From a virus (lineage: Duplodnaviria; Caudoviricetes): 32,636 nucleotides of DNA. The stretch lies in the IMG/VR virus record IMGVR_UViG_3300046003_008003, positions 1 to 32,636 of that record; one strand, written 5' to 3'. Both the position numbers and the translations under genes were made by a program. The notes beneath the pieces were generated by a model that made no database searches, was not told where the DNA came from, and saw only the letters and a program-made list of their open reading frames with translations. Numbering within the stretch: the first letter of the stretch is position 1; each line of letters opens with the position of its first letter. Positions 1 through 8,930 of this stretch are shown one piece after another.

Positions 1-25
1 GAATAGACCTCGCCGTCGTCGCTCA

Positions 26-460
26 TCAGCAGGCCGCGTTGATCTTGGCCTTGAGGTCGGCCGGGAACGGGGTCTGGCGGTCATAGTCGCGCAGCGCGAT
101 GCAGAGCGTGGACTGCGCCGGGGCGGCGTCCTCAACCCGCAGAACGTTCTGGTAGGTCGAGAACAGCGGGAACCGGTAGCCGCCGACCCGCATCGTATAG
201 GTCTGGCCGCGAACCAGACGGCCCTGAACGTCGGACGAGTTGAACTTGGCCGCCATCCAGTTGTCGGTGTTCTTGAACGTCCCCTTGTCGGTGAAGACCA
301 GATACTGGCACTTCGTCCCGCGACAGACGTTGTCGGTGTTCGTGACGGTGGCCGTGACCGTGCTCTGGAACAGGGTCTGGGGGAAGAAGAATGCCCCGCT
401 CAACACAACGAGGCCGACAACGGCCCCAACGATCAGCAGGATGGGCATGATCTTACGCAT
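26..460 (-). CDS. Membrane-anchored phage protein (DUF1523-like)
   Basis: N-terminal hydrophobic helix, then YLVFTD..FKNTD..KFNSSD..G.RFPLFSTYQN pattern; GAGG RBS upstream. Confidence 0.6.
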   Translation of the reverse strand: MRKIMPILLIVGAVVGLVVLSGAFFFPQTLFQSTVTATVTNTDNVCRGTKCQYLVFTDKGTFKNTDNWMAAKFNSSDVQGRLVRGQTYTMRVGGYRFPLFSTYQNVLRVEDAAPAQSTLCIALRDYDRQTPFPADLKAKINAAC

Positions 461-543
461 TTCAGTCTTCCTCGTCTGGTTCTAGGGCTGCTCTACGGTC
501 GCGCTCGGCGGCTGAGCAGGCCACGGAGCAGAAGAAATAGTTA

Positions 544-574
544 CGTCCCAGCCCACGACCTTGGGGCTGGGACG
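544..574 (-). terminator. Strong hairpin, probable terminator downstream of 630..1349
   Basis: CGTCCCAGCCC/GGGCTGGGACG 11-bp stem followed on the minus strand by a T-rich tract. Confidence 0.5.
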
Positions 575-629
575 CATCATAGCGTCTACAGGTCCCGCAC
601 GTGCGGGTGTTGCAGTCTTCGATCAAGGC

Positions 630-1349
630 TTATTTCTTGCCCTTCTTGTCGGCCTTCGCGGCGGCCTCGGCGGCGGCGGCGGCCTTGGCGGCGGCGGCCA
701 TCGACGGGACCAGCGAGTTGATGAGTACGAAGGCGTCGGTCACGGCGGTCTCGCCTTCCAGCGTCGGGCGAACCGAGGGGATGGCGACCAGCGGCATCAG
801 GTCACGAACCAGATCGGCGTCTGCGAGCTTGAAGACCGCGTTCATCGCATCTTCGTTGGCGACGGCCTTCTTCTGCTCCTGCTTCATGATGAAGTCGGCG
901 GGCAGGCCCTTGACGCCTTGCAGGGCCTTGGAGACCTGTTCCAGCAGCTTCTGGTCGTCCTTGTAGGCCGGGTTGATGATGAAGCACTCTTCGACTTCGT
1001 CGATCAGGGTGACCGGGATGTCGTGCTTGTTCAGGATTTCGACTTCTTCCGGCTTCAGGGGCGAGTTGCCGCCGCGAACCTTAAGCTGGCAGGAAGCCGT
1101 GGCGACACCCTCGGTGCCCTCGAAATTGTCGGGGCGCGACTTGCGCTCCATGCCGACCTTGATGAAGTGGTCGAGCATCGTGCCCTTGACCCGGCCTTCC
1201 AGCGTGGCCTTCAGGCCGCCCAGCGCGGTGATGGCGGCGCAGACGGAAGCATAGGCGAGCATGCCGGGGACGGAGACGGTCTCGGCCTTCTTCGTAGCCT
1301 TGGCGGGCTTCTTGGTGGTGACCGTAGTGGCGGCGGCGAACATGTTCAT
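630..1349 (-). CDS. Hypothetical protein (Ala/Lys-rich termini)
   Basis: 239-aa ORF with strong GC3 bias, GGAG RBS and a TTGACA-N16-TATGTT promoter upstream. Confidence 0.8.
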   Translation of the reverse strand: MNMFAAATTVTTKKPAKATKKAETVSVPGMLAYASVCAAITALGGLKATLEGRVKGTMLDHFIKVGMERKSRPDNFEGTEGVATASCQLKVRGGNSPLKPEEVEILNKHDIPVTLIDEVEECFIINPAYKDDQKLLEQVSKALQGVKGLPADFIMKQEQKKAVANEDAMNAVFKLADADLVRDLMPLVAIPSVRPTLEGETAVTDAFVLINSLVPSMAAAAKAAAAAEAAAKADKKGKK

Positions 1350-1403
1350 CGGTTTTCTCCAAGACCCGTTGTTGAACTCAACATAGAGGAAGCCCTACAC
1401 TTG

Positions 1404-2234
1404 TCAAGCAAAAAGATGTGTCGCGCGTTCGGACAGGAAGAGGAAGTTCTCCCTGTATTCCTCGACCTCATGATACCCCTTGTTGATGGCCGCATGGTAG
1501 GCGGCTTCAATGATGTGGGGCGTCGTGTAGCCGAGGTAGTGGCGGAACTCCCCGTGGGGCATTTCCAGCATGAGCCGGATGGCCCTTGTGGTCATCCGGT
1601 GATCGAACTCGCTCTCGGCCAGGGCGATGACGTCCTTGCCGCATTTGATCAGGGCGTGGTTGAGCCGCGCCTCGATAGTGGGGTCGCTGCCCAGATAGCG
1701 AGCGAACGTCACGAAGGCGTGCGGATTCGTCAGGCCGTTCTCGCGCAGGAAGTTGCCCAGCTTCTCCTCGTGGGCTCCAGTGATGACGACGTCGTCGATG
1801 AAGACGAGCATCTTGTCTTTCACGAAGTCCCGGTTGAGGAAAATTTCATCACCGGCCAGGAGCTTGCGACGCGTCTCGTGGTCGAGGTGATGATAGTCCT
1901 GCTGGTAGGAGAGGTTGCGGTGGATGAGGGTCCAGTCCACGGTGCGGAGACCGCGCGAGGCCATCATGTGGTTGATGCGGTTCATGAAGTGCATCGACAT
2001 CAACGTCGAGGCAACGGGCACGACCGTTCCGGGAGCCGGGACCACGACGCAGTGGTGGGCTTGCAGGATGTCCGCGTGGGTATTGAAGAAATGATAGGCG
2101 AGATCGTTGGCCAGCCTGCGGGCCGACCGATCAGAGCCGAATTTCATTTTCGAATACTCGTGCACGTCGAAGGGCGCCGTGGCGACCTCCAAGAAGGCGT
2201 GCGCGGAGAAACTCAGGGGATGGAGTTCGGTCAT
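1404..2234 (-). CDS. Type I phosphoribosyltransferase-like protein
   Basis: PRPP-binding motif LVFIDDVVITG; VVVPAPG strand; ATGA overlap with the upstream gene. Confidence 0.75.
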   Translation of the reverse strand: MTELHPLSFSAHAFLEVATAPFDVHEYSKMKFGSDRSARRLANDLAYHFFNTHADILQAHHCVVVPAPGTVVPVASTLMSMHFMNRINHMMASRGLRTVDWTLIHRNLSYQQDYHHLDHETRRKLLAGDEIFLNRDFVKDKMLVFIDDVVITGAHEEKLGNFLRENGLTNPHAFVTFARYLGSDPTIEARLNHALIKCGKDVIALAESEFDHRMTTRAIRLMLEMPHGEFRHYLGYTTPHIIEAAYHAAINKGYHEVEEYRENFLFLSERATHLFA

Positions 2235-2446
2235 GAACCATTCTCCGACTTTATATCGAAGAGCCCGAGTTTCTCGCAGATCGCGAACAGCATGGTCTGC
2301 TGCTCGTCGAGCATTTCTTGTGTGGCCGCCTCGGACGCTAGATCAATGACGTCGTCATCCGGTTGCTGCCCCGGTGCCTTAAACTGGTCCAGGTAATGGC
2401 GGAAGCGTTCGCTGAACACGGTAGGTGAAACGTCATCGATTTTCAT
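2231..2446 (-). CDS. Hypothetical protein (71 aa, MKIDDVSP...)
   Basis: Fills the gap with ATGA overlaps at both ends. Confidence 0.7.
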   Translation of the reverse strand: MKIDDVSPTVFSERFRHYLDQFKAPGQQPDDDVIDLASEAATQEMLDEQQTMLFAICEKLGLFDIKSENGS

Positions 2447-3111
2447 GCGAAGACCTTCTCGGCAGGCAGAACGTCGAAGACGGTCGGCAGGGCTTCCGGG
2501 CCCGAGATGATATGGGTCGCCATACCGTGCTGGGCAGCCGCACCGTCGCAGACAGCGTTGTCGCCGACGTGGAGGATGTTCTCCGGGGCGATGTTGAACT
2601 CGCCGGCCTTCGTGATGACGGCGGCGAAGAACTCCGGCGCGGGCTTGGAATGGGTTCCGAGCAGATCGCTGAAGACCATGAAGTCCCACGGGCCGAGCAC
2701 GTTTTCCAGCACGTTGGCGAGAACCCGGCCGGACGCGAAGTTGGTGTTCGACGCGATGCTGAGCGTGTAGCCACGCCCGCGCAGTTCCGAGATGGTGTCG
2801 ATGGTCGAGCCCAGGATGGTGGGCGGGTGCTGCAAGAACAGTCGCTCGGTCTCGAAGCAGATTTCTTCCCACGGATGGTCGAGACGGCCGAGGTTGGCCA
2901 GCAGGGTCCGATAGACCGTCGCGCTGTCCCAGCCCGTGCCTTCGGCCTCTGCGATCTTGTCGAAGCCGTCCTTGGTGGTCTTGTAGACCTTTCGGACCAC
3001 GGCCCGGTCCATGCCGAGAAGATCGGCGACATGGTCTGAGCGGGTCTCTGAGAAGGTTTTGTTCGGCCAGAACAGAGTTTTCCAGACGTCGAACGAGATG
3101 TGGGTGATCAT
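2443..3111 (-). CDS. HAD-superfamily hydrolase
   Basis: Motif I-like FDVWKTL, motif II ASNT, motifs III/IV KP...HVGDNAVCD; AGGAG RBS. Confidence 0.85.
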   Translation of the reverse strand: MITHISFDVWKTLFWPNKTFSETRSDHVADLLGMDRAVVRKVYKTTKDGFDKIAEAEGTGWDSATVYRTLLANLGRLDHPWEEICFETERLFLQHPPTILGSTIDTISELRGRGYTLSIASNTNFASGRVLANVLENVLGPWDFMVFSDLLGTHSKPAPEFFAAVITKAGEFNIAPENILHVGDNAVCDGAAAQHGMATHIISGPEALPTVFDVLPAEKVFA

Positions 3112-3135
3112 TATTTCGTCTCCTGAGCAGAGGAG

Positions 3136-3163
3136 ATAATATGGGTAATGATTTGGTAGTCAA
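3136..3163 (-). promoter_or_regulatory. Sigma70-type promoter for the HAD/PRTase operon
   Basis: TTGACT-N16-TATTAT on the minus strand. Confidence 0.65.
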
Positions 3164-3194
3164 GCAGAATGAAAAAATCTTCGACCCTGAACGC

Positions 3195-3297
3195 AAAAAC
3201 CCGCCCGCGCCGGAGGGGCGAGGGCGGGTTTCGCGTCGCCTACGAGGCGTCTTCCGTAAGGAAGACAGGGTGAGGAGGAGGGTGCCTCGTCGCGACA
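3195..3297 (-). ncRNA. Putative small RNA with anti-Shine-Dalgarno (CCUCCUCC) loops
   Basis: Own promoter TTGACG-N17-TAATCT (3303-3331), stem-loop exposing CCCUCCUCCUCACCC, then an intrinsic terminator (3195-3231); no coding ORF. Confidence 0.65.
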
Positions 3298-3394
3298 CCA
3301 TTAGATTAGTCGTGGCCCGAAAAAACGTCAAGAACTATTTCCACAGGGGGTGAAAAATGTTGACTACCGTCACGCACAGGGGCAAAATACCCCC

Positions 3395-4036
3395 ATGGCA
3401 AAAATATATGTGACCCGACACGGGCAGTCGATGACGAACATCGACATCGATATTGCACGGCGAGACGCCGGGCATAAAGTCGTTCTGAACACTCGGAACA
3501 ACATCCTCACCGAGACCGGCATCGAACAGGCGATTGCTTTCGGCCGCCGCCTCAAGGAAGAAAATGTGGTGATCGACCACATCATCGCGTCCCCCTATGG
3601 GCGCACCAAGCAGACCGCCTTCACCATCGCCTCAGTTCTGGCAACGTGCGTGGACATCACCTACGAGAAAGCCTTCCAGGAAATCGAGTGGGATGTCGGC
3701 GGGGCGTTCGACCGTCTGGAGAACTACCTCCCAGACTTCGATTCCAAGACGCTGCCCTACAACGAACGCCCGATGATCGATCATCGTCGCGGCGCCATCA
3801 CTCTGGAGAGCCAGGAAGACGTCTTCAATCGCGTCGTTCCGAAACTCATCACCGTCGCCAAGCGGGCCGCCAAGAAGGACGAGAATATTCTCATCGTCAC
3901 CCACTTCTTCGTCGTGCGCGCCATCGAAGCCTTTATGGCCACCGGCCATGCTTCGCAGATGGTTGACTTCTCCCCGAAGAACCTTTGCATGAACAGCTAT
4001 GATGCTGACGATATTTTGGAAAGAATTACTGCATGA
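3395..4036 (+). CDS. Histidine phosphatase (phosphoglycerate mutase family)
   Basis: RHG motif (YVTRHGQS), SPYGRTKQTA, LIVTH; start 6 nt after TTGACT-N17-CAAAAT (leaderless). Confidence 0.88.
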   Translation: MAKIYVTRHGQSMTNIDIDIARRDAGHKVVLNTRNNILTETGIEQAIAFGRRLKEENVVIDHIIASPYGRTKQTAFTIASVLATCVDITYEKAFQEIEWDVGGAFDRLENYLPDFDSKTLPYNERPMIDHRRGAITLESQEDVFNRVVPKLITVAKRAAKKDENILIVTHFFVVRAIEAFMATGHASQMVDFSPKNLCMNSYDADDILERITA

Positions 4037-4188
4037 CCCCATCTGGTTTCAAAGTCTCCGAGGAGCATCGCCCCGGACAATTCCGCTCGTTCTACTGGGC
4101 GGCCGAACTCTCCGAGGCCGAACAACACGCCGAGTGCATCCGCGCCCTATTCCCTGACCGGAATATCGTCGTCACTCCTTCGGAATAG
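4033..4188 (+). CDS. Small hypothetical protein (51 aa)
   Basis: ATGA-coupled to the phosphatase; open frame MTPSGFKV...TPSE. Confidence 0.5.
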   Translation: MTPSGFKVSEEHRPGQFRSFYWAAELSEAEQHAECIRALFPDRNIVVTPSE

Positions 4189-4528
4189 CTTTCGTCCGTC
4201 CCCAGGTTTCGGTTTGCTGGTGGCAGTTCGGACAGAGGAATCTCACATTTTCTCGGCGATTGTCGCCGTGGATGCCGTTGATATGATCGACGTGTAGCGT
4301 GATCGGGCACCCTAGCCACGTCCCATCGTTCGGACACTTGGCACATTCATAGATAAACCCAGTTTCGATCATTCGGGCCCGGAGCCGGGCACCGTGGGCT
4401 TTCGAATTTTCGCAAAAAACTTCGTCAAGCGTCAGGGCGTTTTTGCTCGCATACGCGGCAATACTCGGGTGTTGGGCGGCGGTCTGGCCCTTGTTCCATA
4501 GCTGGCCAGTGAAATGAGACGTGTCCAC
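4172..4528 (-). CDS. HNH endonuclease, probably N-terminally truncated
   Basis: CAKC...LHVDHINGIHGDNRRENVRFLCPNCHQQT; begins abruptly at DTSHF with a GTG and no RBS. Confidence 0.7.
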   Translation of the reverse strand: MDTSHFTGQLWNKGQTAAQHPSIAAYASKNALTLDEVFCENSKAHGARLRARMIETGFIYECAKCPNDGTWLGCPITLHVDHINGIHGDNRRENVRFLCPNCHQQTETWGRTKAIPKE

Positions 4529-4529
4529 T

Positions 4530-4685
4530 TCATAGTGACGGCAGAGGGTGCGCGTAACAATAGGCGTCGGCCATCCGGCCAGCCAAAAGGGCGTGCACGT
4601 AGCTTCCTGGCGTCAGACCCCACAGAACATAGCAGATGAACGAATCCCAACAGGTCGCGTCGATCTCGAAACTCTGATCAGGCAT
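4530..4685 (-). CDS. Short hypothetical protein (51 aa), possibly truncated
   Basis: Overlaps the TyrRS stop; Y..WG..PGSY..A.L pattern. Confidence 0.5.
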   Translation of the reverse strand: MPDQSFEIDATCWDSFICYVLWGLTPGSYVHALLAGRMADAYCYAHPLPSL

Positions 4686-5946
4686 CCCATTCGACCACGA
4701 CAAAGGATTTCTTCCCCACGGCCAAAACTGCGGTTCGACCGTCTTCGCGCTTGAACGAGCCACCCATCAGGACACGGACATCATCGACCGCGTCGCCGTT
4801 GATGCGCACACCCCGGTTGGCCGCCATGCGGTCGGCGTCCTTGCGGGATTTTACCAGCCCGGTCTCGACCAGAACGTCGGCCACCGTCTTGGTCGCCATG
4901 TCGGCGATCACCACGGAGTGGACCGGGATGTTGGTATCATCGACCAGATCACCATTGAGGAACCCCTTGGCGATCTTCTCCATGGCGTGCGCGACTTCGC
5001 GACCATGCACGAAGGCAGTCACCTCGGTGGCCAGCACCGTTTTGGCGACATTGATGCCGCCGTCCATCAGATCGTCGATCATGTGGAGTTCCAGCAGGGT
5101 GAAGAGCTTGAGGAACTCCTCGACCTTCTCGTCCTCGACGTTGCGCCAGAACTGCCAGAAATCGAACGGCGCGGTCATGTCGGGGTCGAGCCAGATCGCG
5201 CCTCCCGCCGTCTTGCCCATTTTCTCGCCCGCCGTATTGGTCATCAGCGGCGTGGTGAGCCCGTAGGCCGCACGCCCGGTCTTGCGACGGATGAGATCGA
5301 CGCCATTGACGATGTTGCCCCACTGATCGGAGCCGCCGATCTGAAGGATGCATTCCGGGCCGGGCATCGCGGACGAGAATTTCTGCGTGGCCTCGTTGAG
5401 GAACAGGAAATCCCCTGCCTGCATGACCATGTAGTTGAATTCGAGGAAGGTCATCGGCTCCTGGCGGGCCAGACGGGTCTTCACCGAATCCAACGCCAGC
5501 ATCTTGTTGATGGTGAAGTGGCGGCCGAGGTCAGACAGGACGTCGAGGAAGCTCTTGTGCCGCCAGAAATCTTCGTTGTTGACCGCGTAGACATGGCCGA
5601 TCAAGCGGTCGAACACCTTCTGGATGCCGACCCGGTTGATCTCGATCTCTTCGGGGGTCAAGGTCGGGCGCAGGGCGGACTTGCCCGTTGGGTCACCGAT
5701 GCGGGTCGTCGCGCCACCGAAGACCACGATGGGGTTGTGGCCCTGCTCCTTGACGTGGTGGAGGGCCATGATCTGAATGAGGGAGCCGACGTGCAGGCTG
5801 GGAGCCGTCAGGTCAAAGCCAATGTAGACCGAGGCCGGGCCATCGGGATGGCGGCGCACGAGGCGGTCGTCGAGGGCCCACTCGTCCGTGACTTGCTTGA
5901 TGAAGCCGCGTTCGCGGAGCGTGATCATGAGGGCTGACGTGAGCAT
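4678..5946 (-). CDS. tyrS: Tyrosyl-tRNA synthetase
   Basis: YIGFDLTAPSLHVGS (HIGH), GDPTGKS, QIGGSDQWGNI, KMGKT (KMSKS), C-terminal S4-like domain; start 6 nt after TTGACG-N16-TATCGT. Confidence 0.95.
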   Translation of the reverse strand: MLTSALMITLRERGFIKQVTDEWALDDRLVRRHPDGPASVYIGFDLTAPSLHVGSLIQIMALHHVKEQGHNPIVVFGGATTRIGDPTGKSALRPTLTPEEIEINRVGIQKVFDRLIGHVYAVNNEDFWRHKSFLDVLSDLGRHFTINKMLALDSVKTRLARQEPMTFLEFNYMVMQAGDFLFLNEATQKFSSAMPGPECILQIGGSDQWGNIVNGVDLIRRKTGRAAYGLTTPLMTNTAGEKMGKTAGGAIWLDPDMTAPFDFWQFWRNVEDEKVEEFLKLFTLLELHMIDDLMDGGINVAKTVLATEVTAFVHGREVAHAMEKIAKGFLNGDLVDDTNIPVHSVVIADMATKTVADVLVETGLVKSRKDADRMAANRGVRINGDAVDDVRVLMGGSFKREDGRTAVLAVGKKSFVVVEWDA

Positions 5947-5988
5947 CCCGTCACGATAGGGCAAAGGACTTTTTCGTCAACCAAATAA

Positions 5989-6783
5989 TCAGAACGGGTA
6001 AGGGGCGTCGGGGTCAGGCGGTATATAGGCGGGCTTGGGTGGTGCGACCCAGGTCTTGCGGCCCGACACGTAGTCGGTCTCTTCGGGACCGTCGCCCCAG
6101 TCGTCCATCTCGGCTCGCATCAGCCGGTCATGAATTTGGTAGGGCGTTTCGCCAGCCCAGAAGGGGTCTGCGAAAACGAGCGTGCCGTCCTCGCGCTTCA
6201 TGATGTTGGCGACGTGAAGATCGAGCGATGCTTCAATCGGCGCCCCATTAAGATGGTCCCAGAAAAACTGGCAGAGGTCGCCTAGCTCGGGTTCCTCTTC
6301 CCAGATGGACTTGTATTCAGCGAGGGCTCTCTCTGAACCAACGTTGTCATAATACTTCAGATAGGCGGCTTCCTTGTCAGGGAAACCGATGATGTTCACC
6401 ATGTCACGGCTGGCTTCGAGGTGGCGTCCCACTGGAAACTTCAAGCCACGCGCCGGGGTCCACGGCAGGAGGCGTTCCATCTTGACCACGCTGACGTAGT
6501 TGTTGTCGCGATGGCGGCGCCAGAAAGGAATTTTCTCCTTCACGGGGGCAAGGAAGCGAGGGAGGTGAGGGCTCGGGTTAGCGGTCGCCCACTTGACGAA
6601 GTCCGTGTAGGGGCCGTCCCAGGAGAAGAACTTGTAGACGTAGTTCCAGCGAGGATGGCCGATCACGGTCGCGTATTTGCCCGCGCCCATGAACTCCCCG
6701 CCAGCGGCATAGAAATCCTTGAGCCAGTCAAAGAGGTCTCTCTCAGCGTAGCGGCGGGTTCCGGTGAGTTCGTCTAGGCGCAT
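5989..6783 (-). CDS. Protein kinase-like protein (T7 gp0.7-like)
   Basis: Gly loop GAGKYA, HP..VYK lysine, catalytic LDLHVANIM, FADP; TAAATA 4 nt upstream of the ATG. Confidence 0.7.
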   Translation of the reverse strand: MRLDELTGTRRYAERDLFDWLKDFYAAGGEFMGAGKYATVIGHPRWNYVYKFFSWDGPYTDFVKWATANPSPHLPRFLAPVKEKIPFWRRHRDNNYVSVVKMERLLPWTPARGLKFPVGRHLEASRDMVNIIGFPDKEAAYLKYYDNVGSERALAEYKSIWEEEPELGDLCQFFWDHLNGAPIEASLDLHVANIMKREDGTLVFADPFWAGETPYQIHDRLMRAEMDDWGDGPEETDYVSGRKTWVAPPKPAYIPPDPDAPYPF

Positions 6784-6839
6784 GCCTTATTTAGAGTAGA
6801 AGAATAAATAACAACACAATACCAGCCGGGAAACTGCAA

Positions 6840-7493
6840 ATGAAATCAATGAGAAATCTGATGGAGTGTGTTGAATACTCGACCTTCACCCCAGAAGACG
6901 AGAGAGTGTTTCTCAAAGAAGCCGCTGACCCGGACTTTGCTAAAAAATTCACCAACTCTTCAATAAGGGTTATGCAGGGTCTCCTGAGCTACTGGCGGAA
7001 AAATGACCCCCAGGCTGATGCCAAGATAGATGCCAAGGCGGAAGCGGCGATTCAAGACGCAACGACCAAAATGCGAAAGCTGAAAATGCCCGAGGACAAG
7101 ATCACGGCGGCTATTGAGCAGTTCAATGCTATCCGGGCAAAGCCTGCTGCGGTAAACGAAAGCTTTGAAGCGGTTGCCGGGGTACTGATCATAGGCGTTT
7201 GTTTTGTTGTGAGTTCCTTCGTACTATCGATATTGACCACCATAGTGTCAGAACCTTTCTACATGGTAGATGATCTTTTGACGATTTGTGGAGTTGACTT
7301 CCCGATTTTCCGTTGGGTTGGGCAGGCGTCACGTTTCATCTTCAACAAGCCCCTAGAATTTTTGCAAATGTTGATCCAGTTCCCTTACGGTGGGTTCAAC
7401 GTCAAGTCGTGGAATGAATGGGACACGGGTTCTGCGCTTTTGGGACGCAACGACAAAGTAATTAGCGGAACCGTTGATCGGTATCACGGATAA
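6840..7493 (+). CDS. Hypothetical membrane protein
   Basis: 217-aa ORF with one hydrophobic helix (AVAGVLIIGVCFVVSSFVLSIL); TAAATA upstream. Confidence 0.7.
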   Translation: MKSMRNLMECVEYSTFTPEDERVFLKEAADPDFAKKFTNSSIRVMQGLLSYWRKNDPQADAKIDAKAEAAIQDATTKMRKLKMPEDKITAAIEQFNAIRAKPAAVNESFEAVAGVLIIGVCFVVSSFVLSILTTIVSEPFYMVDDLLTICGVDFPIFRWVGQASRFIFNKPLEFLQMLIQFPYGGFNVKSWNEWDTGSALLGRNDKVISGTVDRYHG

Positions 7494-7501
7494 CCACCAT
7501 G

Positions 7502-7780
7502 CTAGAGCGCGAGTTCGTTCACACGGCGAACGAGATCATCGTGCTGAGCTTGCAGGGTTTCGTCCTGCCAGCCCTTGTAGCAACCGCTTGTCCACGTCGA
7601 GTGGACTCGGATGGGGCGCAGGCCTTGAGCCATCAGGACGGCGGCTCCGTAAAGGAGCGCAGAGTCCGGCCCGTTGAAGCGGTCGCCGGGGGCGTCGAAC
7701 TCGGGGTCGTAGTCGCCCGCCGTTTTGGCATGGCGTTCCAGGAAATCCATGACCTCCTCGGAGAGAGCGGACATGTCCAT
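7502..7780 (-). CDS. Hypothetical protein
   Basis: TGATG-coupled to the terminase C-terminal gene. Confidence 0.7.
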   Translation of the reverse strand: MDMSALSEEVMDFLERHAKTAGDYDPEFDAPGDRFNGPDSALLYGAAVLMAQGLRPIRVHSTWTSGCYKGWQDETLQAQHDDLVRRVNELAL

Positions 7781-8892
7781 CAGAATAGCACCGGCATGGG
7801 TTCACCCTCGTAGATTTCTTCGTCACCGATGTATTCTTTGAGGTCACCGGTATCGTTGCTCCACCCCAGGACGACCTCTAGCATGCGGACGACAAGAAGA
7901 GTAGCAGAAACTAGATCGTCGTGTTCACCCGGTTTGGCGCCGAAGCTGTTCTCGGTGCTGACGAAGTTCTTCAACTCAGTCAGGAGTTGCAATGAGTTGA
8001 TGATGGCACGGTCTGATTCCACGAGCGACTTCAAGCGGGCGCACGCTGACATCTTTTTGGAATTGTTGGTGTTGAAACCCTTGCGGAAGCGACGCACCTG
8101 ACCCTTTTTCTTTTTCTCAGAAATGAACATGCCGGGGAAGCGTTCTTCACCAGTGTCTTCGATGACCTGGAGGACGGCCTCGCCGAGCCCATTGTTCTCG
8201 ACAGTCCAGAAGATTTCCGGTTCGCCGTGCTGATCTGGGTTGTCCCGCAGGGTCCCGTCGAGGAAGATCAGAATCTGCATCAGGACGCGGACTTGGTTAC
8301 GGGTCGTGGATTCGTTGTGCTGCCACTCGCCGACTTGAATCATCTCCGGGAGTTGGAAAATCTGGATGGCGGCGTAGTCGCGACCAACACCGTGACTGGG
8401 GTCAAGAGCCACCACGTAGGTCTTGTTCGGCTCCAGGCTCTCAACATACCAGCGGGCCCGGCCGGTGTAGAAAGTCGGGTTGACGACGTGGTGGGTCATC
8501 GCCGCGAGTTTCATAGGCGCGATCAGGGTTTCGTCGTCGGTAACGAAGTTGCAGTTATGCGATACCAAACCGTTAGTTGTATAGAGGTGTCCACCATCGA
8601 CTTCGACGAGGTCGAACACTGGCTGGAGCTTGCCGGTCTCTTTCTTCTTCGTGATAGCGACTGCGGTGCCATCTCCGCAGAGAACAGCATCTCCCTTGGA
8701 CAGGTCTGCAATAGTTTTGACCCCGGTTGAGGTCAGGAGTTTGTGGTTTAGTGTGCACTCAAGTTTCTTGCCATTGGCGAACTCAAGAGCCCAAATAGGG
8801 AAATCACCCATGTGAGCAACGCCCGAGAAACCCATCAGGCCGTTCGGGGTCATTACTTTTAGTCCGAGTGAGTTATGCGCGTAGTCTCTCAT
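7780..8892 (-). CDS. terL: Terminase large subunit C-terminal (nuclease) half, preceded by a split-intein C-fragment
   Basis: 113-aa IntC ending ..YTTNGLVSHN|C, then RNase H-like VALDPSHGVGRDYAA, VENNGLG, HDDLV motifs of T4 gp17-like terminases. Confidence 0.9.
   Translation of the reverse strand: MRDYAHNSLGLKVMTPNGLMGFSGVAHMGDFPIWALEFANGKKLECTLNHKLLTSTGVKTIADLSKGDAVLCGDGTAVAITKKKETGKLQPVFDLVEVDGGHLYTTNGLVSHNCNFVTDDETLIAPMKLAAMTHHVVNPTFYTGRARWYVESLEPNKTYVVALDPSHGVGRDYAAIQIFQLPEMIQVGEWQHNESTTRNQVRVLMQILIFLDGTLRDNPDQHGEPEIFWTVENNGLGEAVLQVIEDTGEERFPGMFISEKKKKGQVRRFRKGFNTNNSKKMSACARLKSLVESDRAIINSLQLLTELKNFVSTENSFGAKPGEHDDLVSATLLVVRMLEVVLGWSNDTGDLKEYIGDEEIYEGEPMPVLF
8554..8892 (-). mobile_element. 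Split intein C-fragment (IntC, 113 aa)
   Basis: Block B CTLNH, block F VFDLVEV, block G SHN followed by Cys+1; no block A. Confidence 0.88.
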
Positions 8893-8930
8893 GCGAATAT
8901 TTAGGCTTTCGAATCCTAAATACACCTAGC

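Noticed and set aside
540-582. Hammerhead-like look on the minus strand (TGATGCGTCC...GGACGTAAC)
   Set aside because: The catalytic core CUGANGA/GAAA is not intact, and the differences simply extend the hairpin.
561-2396. 611-aa plus-strand ORF, and similar long ORFs at 4918..5937, 9599..10993, 13041..14042, 14414..15454, 26884..28041 and 30294..31196
   Set aside because: Antisense shadows of real genes with strong GC3 bias; they carry no motifs, while the opposite strand has clear ones.
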